From Patescibacteria group bacterium (lineage in GTDB: Bacteria > Patescibacteriota > Patescibacteriia > Buchananbacterales > UBA6539), in assembly GCA_041662625.1 (NCBI GenBank), contig JBAZSB010000001.1, forward strand, positions 310,467-374,466: DNA of 64,000 nt, read 5' to 3'. The notes below the pieces were generated by a model. It was not told where the DNA came from, did not search any database, and saw nothing but the letters and a program-made list of their open reading frames with translations. The position numbers and the translations under genes are program-made. This document shows, one piece after another, positions 9,658-19,776 of this stretch (within the stretch, counting starts at the first letter, position 1; each line of letters starts with the position of its first letter).

Positions 9658-9762
9658 GTTTCGTTCCTCCTAACCGGGGTTATGTGGCCTTGGCCACTTG
9701 CGGTTCTCGATAACTTATATTTAACAAGAATACCTTTATTTGTCAACACTATTATTGCTATT

Positions 9763-10446
9763 TTAGTTAATAATCGTACCTTTGAAATTCTTACCAAGCA
9801 AAAATCCCCTAAGATTAGCCAAATCACTCCCTTTCATCACCACCAGTTTCATTTGCCATTTAGCTGCCAAGCGGCTGGCCACCGGGTCAAAAGGTACATG
9901 AGCACCTGGCACCCACTTGGTCCCAACTAACGGAAAAAACTTTTTCCAGCTCATTTGCTTCTGGGGTTTGGCATCTTTATGTTTGAGCGGATTTTTATCA
10001 TAGACATAAGTAATATTAGAAAGATTAATCACGGTTTTGGCGCCAAAAGCCCTGGCGGCCAAGACGGCGTCTTTATCCGAAGAAGAACCAGGTTTATAGC
10101 CAGCTCCGACTGTTATTTTACGATTTGTGGTAACTTTTTTATTTGGCACTATTAAAATGCTCTCATAAGCAGCATCGCCGAAAATGGCACTGACCAACTC
10201 AGCGTTTAATTTGGTGGTGGCAATACCAATCCAGTCCAAATCTCTAGCTTTGACTTTTGGATTTATAATCTTGGCGGCTTTTTGGTAACTACGGCAAGTA
10301 TTTCCCCCGCCACAAATCAAAACTACTCGATTGCCTTTTTTGGTGTAATCTAAAATCAACTTTTTAAATTTTTTCAAAAAATTAATATCAATGCCATCCG
10401 GGGCAATTAATGAACCGCCCAAAGACATAACTAAAGTTTTAGCCAT
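9763..10446 (-). CDS. pyrH: UMP kinase (archaeal type)
   Basis: SLGGSLI, CGGGNTCR, DWIGIATTKLNAEL, PGSSSD, PFDPVA. Confidence 0.9.
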   Translation of the reverse strand: MAKTLVMSLGGSLIAPDGIDINFLKKFKKLILDYTKKGNRVVLICGGGNTCRSYQKAAKIINPKVKARDLDWIGIATTKLNAELVSAIFGDAAYESILIVPNKKVTTNRKITVGAGYKPGSSSDKDAVLAARAFGAKTVINLSNITYVYDKNPLKHKDAKPQKQMSWKKFFPLVGTKWVPGAHVPFDPVASRLAAKWQMKLVVMKGSDLANLRGFLLGKNFKGTIIN

Positions 10447-10452
10447 ATTTTT

Positions 10453-10525
10453 AGAATCAAGGAGTAAGAATCAAGAATCAAGGAAACTAAGCAACCTTAA
10501 TTCTTAATTCTTAATTCTTACTTCT
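10453..10525. repeat. heptamer palindromic element (AGAATCA family)
   Basis: (AGAATCA)n-AGGAAACTAAGCAACCT-(TAATTCT)n between mltG stop and pyrH start. Confidence 0.8.
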
Positions 10526-11552
10526 ATTTGTAATACCTAGCCTTTGCTGCCACATGTTCATCATGAGTCTTGCTGTAAATTACTTTACCATCAGGCGTGG
10601 TCAGAAAATACCAATAAGGATTAGCTTGCGGATAAATTGCTGATTTAATTGCAACAAGACCCGGGTTACAAATTGGCCCTGGCGGCAAACCTTTATATTC
10701 ATAAGTATTATACGGACTGTCAACTTGGATATCAACGGCTGAGGAACGCGCCGCCCCTTTACCAGTAACATAGTTTACTGTGGAGTCAGCTTGCAACGGC
10801 ATGCCCGCCAAAAGACGTTTATAAAAAATGTCAGCCACCAGCTTACGGTCATTTTCCGTTGAAACTTCCTTTTCTAAAATTGAAGCTAAAGTTAAAACCT
10901 CATGGATGGTTTTGCCTTGGCGAGTAATTTCAGACCGTAATTCCGGAGTTAATTTCTTGCCAAAGTTATTAAGCATTTTTTTCACAATGTCAGTAAGCGA
11001 AGCATCCCGGTAAACGCGGTAAGTATCGGGAAAAAGATAGCCTTCTAAATCAGCGGTTTTTGGTCGACTATCTAAAAAATCATATTCATCCCACCAGGCT
11101 GCTTTCTTTTGAACAATATTGAAAAAATCCGCTGGCTGAGCTAAACCATTTTTGGCTAAATAATCAGCAATTTCCTGATTATTCCAACCTTCAATAAAAG
11201 TTAAAGTGATCTCTTTAGTCACGCCGGCACCCCGGCTTAAAATCTGAGCAATCTCTTTCAGGCTTAAATTCTGAGCTAAAAAGTATTCACCATCTTGCAG
11301 GCGGCTATTGATGCCTTGCTGCCAGGTATAAAATTGAAAGAGCCAAGCGCTGCGAATCAAGCCAGCTTTTTGCAATTCCCAACTGATCTCCGTACTCCCC
11401 CAGCCTTTTTCCACTTTAAATTCCTTTTGCTGTGGATTATTAGTAACTGGCTGATTAAGATTATAGGAATAATAAAGCCAGCCGGCTAAAATTAAAACTA
11501 GTAAAATAATTAATAGTTTTCCAGATTTTTTTCTTTTTTTTCGTAAAAACAT
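10524..11552 (-). CDS. mltG: endolytic transglycosylase MltG
   Basis: N-terminal TM, LEGYLFPDTY, LASILEKE, LQADST, SPYNTY..GLPPGPICNPG. Confidence 0.93.
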   Translation of the reverse strand: MFLRKKRKKSGKLLIILLVLILAGWLYYSYNLNQPVTNNPQQKEFKVEKGWGSTEISWELQKAGLIRSAWLFQFYTWQQGINSRLQDGEYFLAQNLSLKEIAQILSRGAGVTKEITLTFIEGWNNQEIADYLAKNGLAQPADFFNIVQKKAAWWDEYDFLDSRPKTADLEGYLFPDTYRVYRDASLTDIVKKMLNNFGKKLTPELRSEITRQGKTIHEVLTLASILEKEVSTENDRKLVADIFYKRLLAGMPLQADSTVNYVTGKGAARSSAVDIQVDSPYNTYEYKGLPPGPICNPGLVAIKSAIYPQANPYWYFLTTPDGKVIYSKTHDEHVAAKARYYK

Positions 11553-11560
11553 ATTTCTGA

Positions 11561-12268
11561 TTATACTCCTCGCCATTCCTTTTCAACTTGCTGATGACGC
11601 TGCGGTGTGCCGGTATCAAACCATTGGGCCGAAGATTTAAAGCCAAACAATCCTCCGGCTTTGGCAATGGCCGGCCAAAGATCGGTTTCGACCATGGCAA
11701 AATTTTTATCCGGCAAATAATTGAAAACTTCTGGCGATAATAAATAATAGCCGGAGCTGGCATAATTAGACGGTGCCAGCTCTTTGCTTGGCTTCTCAAT
11801 GAATTGCAAAATTTTATCGCCGGCTAGCATTGCAATACCAAACTGGGTCGGATCAGTCACTTCAGTCAGGGCAATGGTGGCAATGGCCTGATTTTTTTTA
11901 TGAAATTTAATCATTTGTTTCAGGTCCAGGGCAAATAGATTATCACCATTAGACATAAAAAAATCTTTTGCTGGAATTTTGTTCTGCTGCCGTAAAATCA
12001 ATAACGGTCCGGCAGTCCCCATTCTTTCATGCTCTTCCAAATATTCAATCTTTAAACCGAATTTACTGCCATCACCAAAATATTCAATCATTTTATCGGC
12101 CAGATAGGCAACTGAAAGATAAATTTCAGTCACACCGACTTTTTGATAAATAGCAAAAACCTGCTCCGTCAAAGTTTTACCTTGAATCGGAATTAAAGCC
12201 TTGGGAATTTCATAAGTTAACGGCCGAAGGCGTGTTCCTTCACCCCCGGCCAAAATTATTGCTTTCAT
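11561..12268 (-). CDS. nucleotidyltransferase (NDP-sugar pyrophosphorylase family)
   Basis: ILAGGEGTRLRPLT..PK, GTAG, NGDNL, FIEKP, WFDTGTP. Confidence 0.92.
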   Translation of the reverse strand: MKAIILAGGEGTRLRPLTYEIPKALIPIQGKTLTEQVFAIYQKVGVTEIYLSVAYLADKMIEYFGDGSKFGLKIEYLEEHERMGTAGPLLILRQQNKIPAKDFFMSNGDNLFALDLKQMIKFHKKNQAIATIALTEVTDPTQFGIAMLAGDKILQFIEKPSKELAPSNYASSGYYLLSPEVFNYLPDKNFAMVETDLWPAIAKAGGLFGFKSSAQWFDTGTPQRHQQVEKEWRGV

Positions 12269-13026
12269 TCTTTTTCTTTTTCTAGTTCTGCTGGTGGAAT
12301 AAAATTAACGACTAAAAAATTAATTAATTCTTTTTGATCAGGAAAATCAGCCTCCAACATCCCAATAACGTCTTCTCGAGGAGCGGCACCTCGATACGAG
12401 CGGGCGGAGCGTAAAGAATCAAAAGCATCAATAACCGCGAGAATCTTAGAATAATTATGGATCATTTCTTCGGTTTCTGGTTCATCAAATCGATGCAGCT
12501 CAGACTGGGGCGGATAGGGTTGCTTTTGTTTATAAGTATGATGCCTTAAAACAGTCTCGGCCACTATGGCCGCTTCAGCCGGATTGCTAAGATTATTTAA
12601 ACAAAGTTCATAACCAGCCTGCGGATGGCCTTTAAAAATTTCATACTCCCCATCAGTCAAATGGCCTGGTTTAGTAAGTAATTCCGGATCAATTTCTTTT
12701 TTACCAATATCATGAAACAAAGCCGACATGACAAATATTTTCTTTCCCTGAGGCGATGGCTTGGCCAACTCTTTAATATCGCCGCTTTCCGCTAAAGATT
12801 TAGCTAAAATTGCCAAATCAAAACAATGCTTATGGGTACTTTCGATATTTTGTTTTGCAACTATATCTTTTTCTCGCTCAGCCAGTTCCATCATTCTTTG
12901 GGCCATATCAGGATTTTCTTTAAGAATTTGGGCAAGATAGTCATCCTCTCGCTCGGACGGACTCATTGCCCAGCCTTCGATTGCATCAGAGATTGCTTCT
13001 TGCTCAGCAGCAGCAATTGAACACAT
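12265..13026 (-). CDS. HD-GYP-like phosphohydrolase
   Basis: HDIGK, LLTKPGHLTDGEY, HP..G, HH, ILAVIDAFDSL...RSYR. Confidence 0.8.
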   Translation of the reverse strand: MCSIAAAEQEAISDAIEGWAMSPSEREDDYLAQILKENPDMAQRMMELAEREKDIVAKQNIESTHKHCFDLAILAKSLAESGDIKELAKPSPQGKKIFVMSALFHDIGKKEIDPELLTKPGHLTDGEYEIFKGHPQAGYELCLNNLSNPAEAAIVAETVLRHHTYKQKQPYPPQSELHRFDEPETEEMIHNYSKILAVIDAFDSLRSARSYRGAAPREDVIGMLEADFPDQKELINFLVVNFIPPAELEKEKE

Positions 13027-13031
13027 AAATT

Positions 13032-13643
13032 TTATCCTTCAATCAACGGGACAAAAACAAATCCCGGATAAATTATTTCTTTATATTTAGCCTCCGTTAT
13101 TTTTTCAATCAATCTGATGTCTTGAGCTTCGGTTGGAATCACCATTCGGCCGCCAATTGCCAATTGTTCTTTTAATTCAGAAGGAATTTCAAAAGCAGCT
13201 GCTGACACAATTATCCTAGCAAAAGGTGCGTGATTGGGCAACCCTTTTGTCCCGTCGCGGCAGAAAAACTCGACATTGGAAAAATTATATTTAGCAACGT
13301 TTCTTTGACCAAATTCTTTTAATCCAGCAATTCGTTCAATAGCAAAAATATTTCCTTTAGCCCCAACAATTTCTGCCAGCATGGCTGCAGTCCAACCGGA
13401 GCCAGAACCAATATCTAAAACCTTTTGCCCCATTTTTGGTTGCAGCAGCTCAAACATAAAAGCGACTGTCAAAGGCTGCGAAATCGTTTGACCATGGCCA
13501 ATGAGTAAGGGGGCATTAACGGATTCTTCCAAAATCAAATCAGCTGGCAAAAAATCTGCCCGCTTGATTTTACGGAAAGCGTTGATGATTGCCGGCGTTT
13601 TTAGATAACCTTCACTGATCAATTGTTGAATTAACTCATCCAT
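13032..13643 (-). CDS. pcm: protein-L-isoaspartate O-methyltransferase
   Basis: IGHGQTISQP, VLDIGSGSGW, APFARIIV, FVFVPLI. Confidence 0.93.
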   Translation of the reverse strand: MDELIQQLISEGYLKTPAIINAFRKIKRADFLPADLILEESVNAPLLIGHGQTISQPLTVAFMFELLQPKMGQKVLDIGSGSGWTAAMLAEIVGAKGNIFAIERIAGLKEFGQRNVAKYNFSNVEFFCRDGTKGLPNHAPFARIIVSAAAFEIPSELKEQLAIGGRMVIPTEAQDIRLIEKITEAKYKEIIYPGFVFVPLIEG

Positions 13644-13710
13644 AACAAATTATAATTTTGAATTTTGATTCAATTTTAAATATTATAATATTGAATTATT
13701 AAAAATTCAT

Positions 13711-14535
13711 TCAAAATTTATTAAAATACAACATCACCAAAATTACCGCCCCCAAAACAATCCGATAATAAGCAAAAACTTTTAACGAATGATTTTCTAA
13801 AAATTTCAAAAAATACTTGATGCACAAATAGCCGGTTACAGCTGACACCAAAAAGCCTAAAATCAAAATAAAAAAATCAGCACCAACCAGCAAATTATCA
13901 CTAAGTAGACTCAAAAATTCTTTAAGCCCAGCACCAAAAATAACAGGCAGCGAAAGCAAAAAACCAAACCGGGCAGCGTCCTGCCGTTTTAATTTCTGGC
14001 TCAAACCTGCTATAATAGTAATACCAGACCGCGAGACTCCAGGAATTAAAGCCAGTGCCTGAAATAAGCCAATTACTAACGAACTTCCCAGATTCAACTC
14101 GGTGATTGTCCGCAGTTGAACAAAAAATTTATCAGCCAGATAAAGAATAATACCGAATATAATGAGCATTAAGGCAACCACTCCTGGCTGACGAAAAAGT
14201 ATTTCGATCTGATCTCCCAAAAAATAGCCAATCACTGCCGCTGGCAAAGTGGCTAAAAATAAATACCAGGCTAGGCGCTGGTTGTTATTACTCTTTAATT
14301 CCCATCGGCTAAAACTCTGAAACCAGGCCAGAAGATAGTTGATCACATCAAAACGGAAAAAAAGTAATAAAGCAACCAGGGTACCCAAATGCAAAACTAC
14401 ATCAAAAGCCAAATTATCGGGAAAATCAAAACTCAAAAAATCATGAAAAAGCACCAGATGTCCAGAGCTGGAAATTGGCAAAAACTCAGTCAAACCCTGG
14501 ATAATCCCGGCTAGAATTGAATACAGTATTTCCAT
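13711..14535 (-). CDS. uppP: undecaprenyl-diphosphatase
   Basis: QGLTEFLPISSSGHL, HLGT, ALIPGVSRSGITI. Confidence 0.96.
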   Translation of the reverse strand: MEILYSILAGIIQGLTEFLPISSSGHLVLFHDFLSFDFPDNLAFDVVLHLGTLVALLLFFRFDVINYLLAWFQSFSRWELKSNNNQRLAWYLFLATLPAAVIGYFLGDQIEILFRQPGVVALMLIIFGIILYLADKFFVQLRTITELNLGSSLVIGLFQALALIPGVSRSGITIIAGLSQKLKRQDAARFGFLLSLPVIFGAGLKEFLSLLSDNLLVGADFFILILGFLVSAVTGYLCIKYFLKFLENHSLKVFAYYRIVLGAVILVMLYFNKF

Positions 14536-14541
14536 GGAAGC

Positions 14542-14609
14542 GAATTATGAATTATGAATTATGAATTATGTGGTTTCCCTAATTCCTAATTCCTAATTCC
14601 TAATTCCTG
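14542..14609. repeat. heptamer palindromic element (GAATTAT/CTAATTC family)
   Basis: (GAATTAT)4-GTGGTTTC-(CCTAATT)4 filling most of a divergent intergenic gap. Confidence 0.85.
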
Positions 14610-14614
14610 AAAAC

Positions 14615-15043
14615 ATGGATTTATCCTATATCATTATACCAATAATTGTCCTAATTACCAGCCAGGTTTTAAAATTACTGACTGATGGCATTAAAGGCAA
14701 TTTTGATCTGCGAAATCTTTTTATCAGCTACGGCGGCATGCCTTCTTCGCACACGGCTTTCGCTGTTTCTATCACCACACTAATTGGCCTGAGAGAAGGC
14801 TATGATTCCGCTCTCTTTGCCTTGGCCTTAGTTTTTACATTGCTAGTCATGCGCGACGCCGTGGCGTTCCGCGGTCTTTTGGGCAAACAAGCGAAAGTCT
14901 TTAATACTTTGATTAAAAGATTTCCCGAGGCAGAAAAAAAAGATCTGCCCTTGTTTCGGGAACAGATGGGACACAGCACGCTGGAAGTAACTGGCGGCAT
15001 TATTTGGGGAATTGGTTTGACCTATCTTTTGAGTTTATTATAG
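14615..15043 (+). CDS. divergent PAP2 family protein (YuiD/DUF212-like)
   Basis: SQVLK, GGMPSSHTA, VMRDA, MGHS..EV. Confidence 0.88.
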   Translation: MDLSYIIIPIIVLITSQVLKLLTDGIKGNFDLRNLFISYGGMPSSHTAFAVSITTLIGLREGYDSALFALALVFTLLVMRDAVAFRGLLGKQAKVFNTLIKRFPEAEKKDLPLFREQMGHSTLEVTGGIIWGIGLTYLLSLL

Positions 15044-15173
15044 TCTGCAAAAAATCATTACTGAGGTTTAAAGACCTCTTTTTTATTTATTGACAATTTA
15101 GTTTAAATAGGATAAGAAAGAGATAGTCGAAACGACCTACGATGGTGTAGGTTATGAAGAGGAGGAACCCAAA

Positions 15174-16037
15174 TTGATCACTCTTACGGGAATAAGCGAC
15201 GAGGCGGGCCAGGACCTAATGGCCCAAATCAAAGCCCACCAGGAATTAGGTTGGGGTTATCTGGAGTTACGCGCCGTTGACGGCAAACTTGTCACCCGGA
15301 TGAACAACCGGGAATTCGACCCCATTTACGCCGCTGTGACTGCAGCCGGCCTCAAAGTGTCGTGCTTTTCTAGCGGCATCGCCAACTGGGCACACCCCAT
15401 CACGGGCAAGCTCAGACCGGATACCGATGAGCTGAGACGCGCCATTGCTCACATGCGCCTCTGCGGCACTCGGTACATCCGAATCATGAGCTACCCCAAC
15501 GATGAGAAGCATCCGGTACCGGAAGCCGAGTGGCGGCGGGAAGCCATTCGCCGAGTCAAACGGATGGTCAGAATTGCCGAGGAATACAACGTCGTTCTGG
15601 CTCACGAGAATTGCTCCGGCTGGGGCGGGATATCGTGGGAAAACAACCTTGCTCTGATCGAGGCAATCGACAGCCCGAACTTCGGGGTACTGTTCGATAC
15701 AGGTAACCCGCCGACCTATGGCAAGGATACCTGGGAATGGTACCTCAAGGTCCGCGACCGGATCATCTACGTCCATATCAAGGACGCCCGTCTCAACTTA
15801 TCCCACGACCCAGAACAAGACGTCTACACCTACGCGGGTGAAGGCGACGGCTGCGTGCGCCGGGTGCTCGCTGACCTCGTCAGACGCAACTGGACCGGGT
15901 TCGTTTCCACTGAACCCCATCTGGCCGCAGTCATTCACACCGGTCAAAAGGCCGAACCACAAGCTTTGTACGACTCGTATGTCGAGTACGGCAGAAAATT
16001 GATGGACCTCATCAAACAGATCAGGGCCGAAGCCTGA
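15174..16037 (+). CDS. sugar phosphate isomerase/epimerase, TIM-barrel (xylose isomerase-like); GC-rich cassette
   Basis: GISDEAG, YLELR, LAHEN, FDTGN, YVHIKDA, STEPH; TTG start after GAGGAGG; promoter TTGACA 15090-15095. Confidence 0.88.
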   Translation: MITLTGISDEAGQDLMAQIKAHQELGWGYLELRAVDGKLVTRMNNREFDPIYAAVTAAGLKVSCFSSGIANWAHPITGKLRPDTDELRRAIAHMRLCGTRYIRIMSYPNDEKHPVPEAEWRREAIRRVKRMVRIAEEYNVVLAHENCSGWGGISWENNLALIEAIDSPNFGVLFDTGNPPTYGKDTWEWYLKVRDRIIYVHIKDARLNLSHDPEQDVYTYAGEGDGCVRRVLADLVRRNWTGFVSTEPHLAAVIHTGQKAEPQALYDSYVEYGRKLMDLIKQIRAEA

Positions 16038-16062
16038 TATAGCGGAGGAACTCGAAATTGCT

Positions 16063-16115
16063 AGTTCCCTGCTCCCTGGTGCGTTCGTGCATCTGGAAGA
16101 GCAGGGACTTTTTTT
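16063..16115 (+). terminator. long hairpin terminator
   Basis: AGTTCCCTGCTC...GAGCAGGGACT-T run with inner GGTGCG-TTCG-TGCATC. Confidence 0.75.
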
Positions 16116-16145
16116 ACTCCCACACCAAAATTTTGGTGTGTGAGT
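16116..16145. repeat. 30-bp palindrome abutting the mutM stop
   Basis: ACTCCCACACCAAAATTTTGGTGTGTGAGT. Confidence 0.65.
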
Positions 16146-17027
16146 TTATTTCTGACACTTTTTACAAAAATGCGTGCCCCGCCCATTGAGTTTAATTTTT
16201 TGGACAACACCACTGCACCTGGCACATTTCTCCCCTTTCCGACCATAAACTTTCAAATAAGGTAGCATTCCGCCTTGGCTGCCATCTAACTGAACATAAT
16301 CATCGGCTGAAGTTCCTTTTTTAGCAATGGCAAACTTTAATATTTTTGGAATACAATTAAATAATCTCTTAATTTCTTCAGGCTTCAAAGTCTTTACTAC
16401 TCTGGTTGGCAAAATTTTAGCACAAAAGCAGCTCTCATCAGCATAGATATTACCGACGCCAGCAAGCAAAGTCTGATCCATTAAAATCTGTTTTATTTTA
16501 CGATTGGGATAGCGTTTTAAAATTGTTTGAAAATTCACTAAAGTATATTCTTTGTCAAACGGCTCTACACCGAATTCGCTGATTAGCTTATCAACTTGCT
16601 GTTTATTGACTAACCTTATCCAGCCAAACTTGCGCAAGTCATTAAAATAAAGTTTTGAACCGTCAGTAAAATCAAAAATAATATGCGTGAATTTATTGGG
16701 TAAACCCACTACCCCACCCTTTTGCGGGTGGCCCCCAACAATAAGCTTCTGATTTCTGATATCTGATTTCTTATTTCTGAAAATCAACTGCCCAGTCAAT
16801 TTTAAATGGATTAATAAAAAATTGTCACTTGACAATTCAATAATTAAAATCTTTGCCCGGCGCTTAACATCAATGATTTTCCTGCCTTTAAGTTGCTGGG
16901 AAAACTGCTTAGGAGTCAGGGGCTTAACCATTTTTGGCCAGTCCACGCTGGCTGATTTTATAGTCTTACCACGGACAACTGAAGCCAACTCCCGGCGCAA
17001 AGTCTCCACTTCAGGTAATTCTGGCAT
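16146..17027 (-). CDS. mutM: formamidopyrimidine-DNA glycosylase
   Basis: MPELPEVET, HLKLTG, DLRKFG, GVGNIYADE, C-terminal C4 zinc finger. Confidence 0.96.
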   Translation of the reverse strand: MPELPEVETLRRELASVVRGKTIKSASVDWPKMVKPLTPKQFSQQLKGRKIIDVKRRAKILIIELSSDNFLLIHLKLTGQLIFRNKKSDIRNQKLIVGGHPQKGGVVGLPNKFTHIIFDFTDGSKLYFNDLRKFGWIRLVNKQQVDKLISEFGVEPFDKEYTLVNFQTILKRYPNRKIKQILMDQTLLAGVGNIYADESCFCAKILPTRVVKTLKPEEIKRLFNCIPKILKFAIAKKGTSADDYVQLDGSQGGMLPYLKVYGRKGEKCARCSGVVQKIKLNGRGTHFCKKCQK

Positions 17028-17145
17028 AAGTTAAGAATTTTTAATTTTAAATTTTTAATCAATTTCGAATATTCGAATATTATAATATTGAATCAAAATT
17101 AAAAATTCGAAATTAAAAATTATCTTAAAAAAACTGTTTTTATTG

Positions 17146-17931
17146 TTATATTTTACAATACTTTTTGACCTGCTTTACTAATTCCCGGTGTAATTTTGGC
17201 CGCGCTACCAGTATACCCCTAGGCTTTTCATTGGCATGCCATACAGTACCATCCAAATTAGTGCATTTAACTCCGGCTTCCTGGCAAATTAAACTGCTAG
17301 CGGCAATATCCCAGCTATTATCACCGGCGAAAAACGCCGCATCCATCCGACCAACGGCTACATAGCAGAAACAAATCGCCATGCTGGCATGCCGGGATTG
17401 GATATAGACTTTTTTTGTTAAATCTTTTGCCAGCTGATAAAGGTCATATTTTGCCGTTGGCCAAAGTTCCAAATCAACATAAGCCTGACTCATATTCTGG
17501 CAGGCCGTGGATTTAATTTTTTTACCGTTCAAATAAGCGCCTTTGCCTTTCTGCGCAAAAAACAGTTCATTTCTGATCGGATCACAAACTGTTGCTAAAA
17601 TCATTTCTTTACCTTTAGCTAAGCCGATGGAATTGGTAAAAAAAGCAATACCGCGAGAAAAAGGAATGGTGCCGTCAATTGGGTCAATGTGCCAGGTATA
17701 GCTAGAAGTACTTTTTTTGAATGGCAATTCTTCAGAAATAATGCCGTGATCGGGAAAATAGCGTCTGATTTGGTTATACAAATATTTATTAACCCGTAAG
17801 TCGGTTTTAGTCAGCGGGCTATTATCCGGTTTCCAAGTGACTTCTCGTTTACCAAAAAAACCTTTTCTGGTAATTTTGGCTGATTCTTGAGCAATGTGTA
17901 AAATAAACTTCTTTAAATCTTTTTCCGTCAT
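17146..17931 (-). CDS. inositol monophosphatase family protein
   Basis: IISEE, WHIDPIDGT, WDIAA. Confidence 0.92.
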   Translation of the reverse strand: MTEKDLKKFILHIAQESAKITRKGFFGKREVTWKPDNSPLTKTDLRVNKYLYNQIRRYFPDHGIISEELPFKKSTSSYTWHIDPIDGTIPFSRGIAFFTNSIGLAKGKEMILATVCDPIRNELFFAQKGKGAYLNGKKIKSTACQNMSQAYVDLELWPTAKYDLYQLAKDLTKKVYIQSRHASMAICFCYVAVGRMDAAFFAGDNSWDIAASSLICQEAGVKCTNLDGTVWHANEKPRGILVARPKLHRELVKQVKKYCKI

Positions 17932-17951
17932 AAGGTCAATTTAATTTTTTA

Positions 17952-18815
17952 TTAAAATTCTTTAGTATAAAGTGCTTTTAATATTTCCAGCTCGACTTCG
18001 GTAAAATTATAGCCTCCGGCCGTTAGTTGATCATGAAGATCAGGCACCGCTTCCTCGAATAGCTTCTCGATTTCTTTGCTGCTTTCAACTGCCTGCCTCA
18101 TTATTTTTTCGGCGTGTTTAGGATCAGCTATTTCTTCATCGCCTCTTAGCTTATCTTCTAACTCATTTGCCCACATTTCTTCCATTTTAGCCACTAAATA
18201 CATTCGAGCCAGTCTCACTGGGTTATCAAAATCATAGAGTTCCACTGCTTCTTTCATTTTATCGCCGAATGCTCTTTTTGCAGCAGCCTGTTCGGCTTCA
18301 TAAACTCCTTTTTCTGCACCAGCAACATGAGTCACGGTAAAATATTCTGCTATACTTTCATCCATTAGTCTTCGGCCGCCGCTGACTTTTCCGGCATGAG
18401 CGGCTTCATGAACCATAATATCCTCCCAGTGCTCTGGGGGGCTATCTAAGCCTTCAGGAGTTATGCCAATAGTACCATCTGGGAAATAAACCCCTAAGGC
18501 ACCCTCAAACGCTTCAATTTGAACATTTTTAGCCGATAGCCTTGCTTGCTCCAGAGCCATTGTCATTCTTAACATTTTGTAAGCCAGCTCCTGCTTAATG
18601 CTGAGATCTTTTGTCTCATCGTATTCTGTCTGCCAATTATTCATAAGCTCGGCCACATTCTTTGCCGGCCCAGCTAGGTCTCGCTTATCTGCACCCACAA
18701 CTACAACACCTCCGTCTGCCGTTTCTCCTCCAGATAGATCAGTAACCATTTCGTCGTCTGGTGCAGTTTCAGCATCAGCAGCTCCTTTAAATTGTTTTGA
18801 ATGTCGTTCAATCAT
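17952..18815 (-). CDS. acidic hypothetical protein with HExxH zincin-like motif
   Basis: GVYF..G.I, MVHEAAHAG followed by MDESIAE. Confidence 0.65.
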   Translation of the reverse strand: MIERHSKQFKGAADAETAPDDEMVTDLSGGETADGGVVVVGADKRDLAGPAKNVAELMNNWQTEYDETKDLSIKQELAYKMLRMTMALEQARLSAKNVQIEAFEGALGVYFPDGTIGITPEGLDSPPEHWEDIMVHEAAHAGKVSGGRRLMDESIAEYFTVTHVAGAEKGVYEAEQAAAKRAFGDKMKEAVELYDFDNPVRLARMYLVAKMEEMWANELEDKLRGDEEIADPKHAEKIMRQAVESSKEIEKLFEEAVPDLHDQLTAGGYNFTEVELEILKALYTKEF

Positions 18816-18825
18816 ATGATTTTAA

Positions 18826-19086
18826 TTATTCTTTATTAAAATGTTTAAGCCAAACTTTTTTGAAAAATGGCATAGTAAGCGTAGAAATCATGAAAGCCAC
18901 CGAAGGCACAATCGCGTTTAGCCAGGGGTCAGGCAGATTTATTGCCTGCATATACACACCAACAGCCAGATAAGTGAATAACAGCAGCAAAAGCCTTCTG
19001 GTCCAGCTTTTTTCCCAGGCCTTATCCGCTTCCACCCGCTGATTTCTTTGTTCAATTTGTTGAATTTTTTGCTCTAGGTTATCCAT
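18826..19086 (-). CDS. small membrane protein
   Basis: 86 aa, N-terminal coiled coil RNQRVEADKAWE, two TM segments. Confidence 0.75.
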   Translation of the reverse strand: MDNLEQKIQQIEQRNQRVEADKAWEKSWTRRLLLLLFTYLAVGVYMQAINLPDPWLNAIVPSVAFMISTLTMPFFKKVWLKHFNKE

Positions 19087-19094
19087 ATTTTAAA

Positions 19095-19760
19095 CTATAA
19101 TCTGCCATCCCACTCGGCGAAGAACTGCTTTAAGTAAGCCTCGATGAACTTGTGCCTTCTAACTGCAATCTTTTTGGCAGTTTTAGTATTAAAATCGTCT
19201 TTCAGCCTTAAAATTTTGGAATAAAAATGCTCAATTTGCGATTGGTCAGTCTCGTCATCTTCATCATAGTATTTCCGACCTAAAGGCCTTCCCGGGAGCC
19301 AAATCGGCGTATCATGCACCCCACCCCAATGGAAAACCCGGGCAATGGCAATCGCGCCAACTGCATCTAAATTATCAGCGTCCTGAACAATTTTGGTTTC
19401 AAGATCAGTGCTCTTTCTGCCTTGTTTGGAAAAAGAATATTCCTCATGATTTTCAATACAATAAATAATTCTGGACAATTTTTCTTTGGGAATATTAATA
19501 CCTTTTAAAATCTCTTTGACTACAGGCAGCGATGCCTTAGGTGAGACATACTTTTTACCTGCCTTTCTCATCATTCGGTGGATGTCATGCAAAAAAGCCG
19601 CCACTGCAATCACTAACTTATCACCGCCTTCTTGTTTCTGAATTTTCAAAGCTAAATTTAAAGTTCTTTTCAAATGATAAATATCATGTTCCCCACTCGG
19701 ATGCGGAAATCGCTTTTTAACCTTGGCTTCCAGTTTATTGATGATTTTCTTTATGGTCAT
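19095..19760 (-). CDS. HD-domain phosphohydrolase (YedJ-like)
   Basis: HDIYHLKR, AAFLHDI, VQDADNLDAVGAIAIAR, HFYSKIL. Confidence 0.9.
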   Translation of the reverse strand: MTIKKIINKLEAKVKKRFPHPSGEHDIYHLKRTLNLALKIQKQEGGDKLVIAVAAFLHDIHRMMRKAGKKYVSPKASLPVVKEILKGINIPKEKLSRIIYCIENHEEYSFSKQGRKSTDLETKIVQDADNLDAVGAIAIARVFHWGGVHDTPIWLPGRPLGRKYYDEDDETDQSQIEHFYSKILRLKDDFNTKTAKKIAVRRHKFIEAYLKQFFAEWDGRL

Positions 19761-19776
19761 AAATCTATTTTCCGTC

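Noticed and set aside
14542-14609. Tandem repeats as a CRISPR array
   Set aside because: Units are 7 nt with no unique spacers, and no cas genes are present
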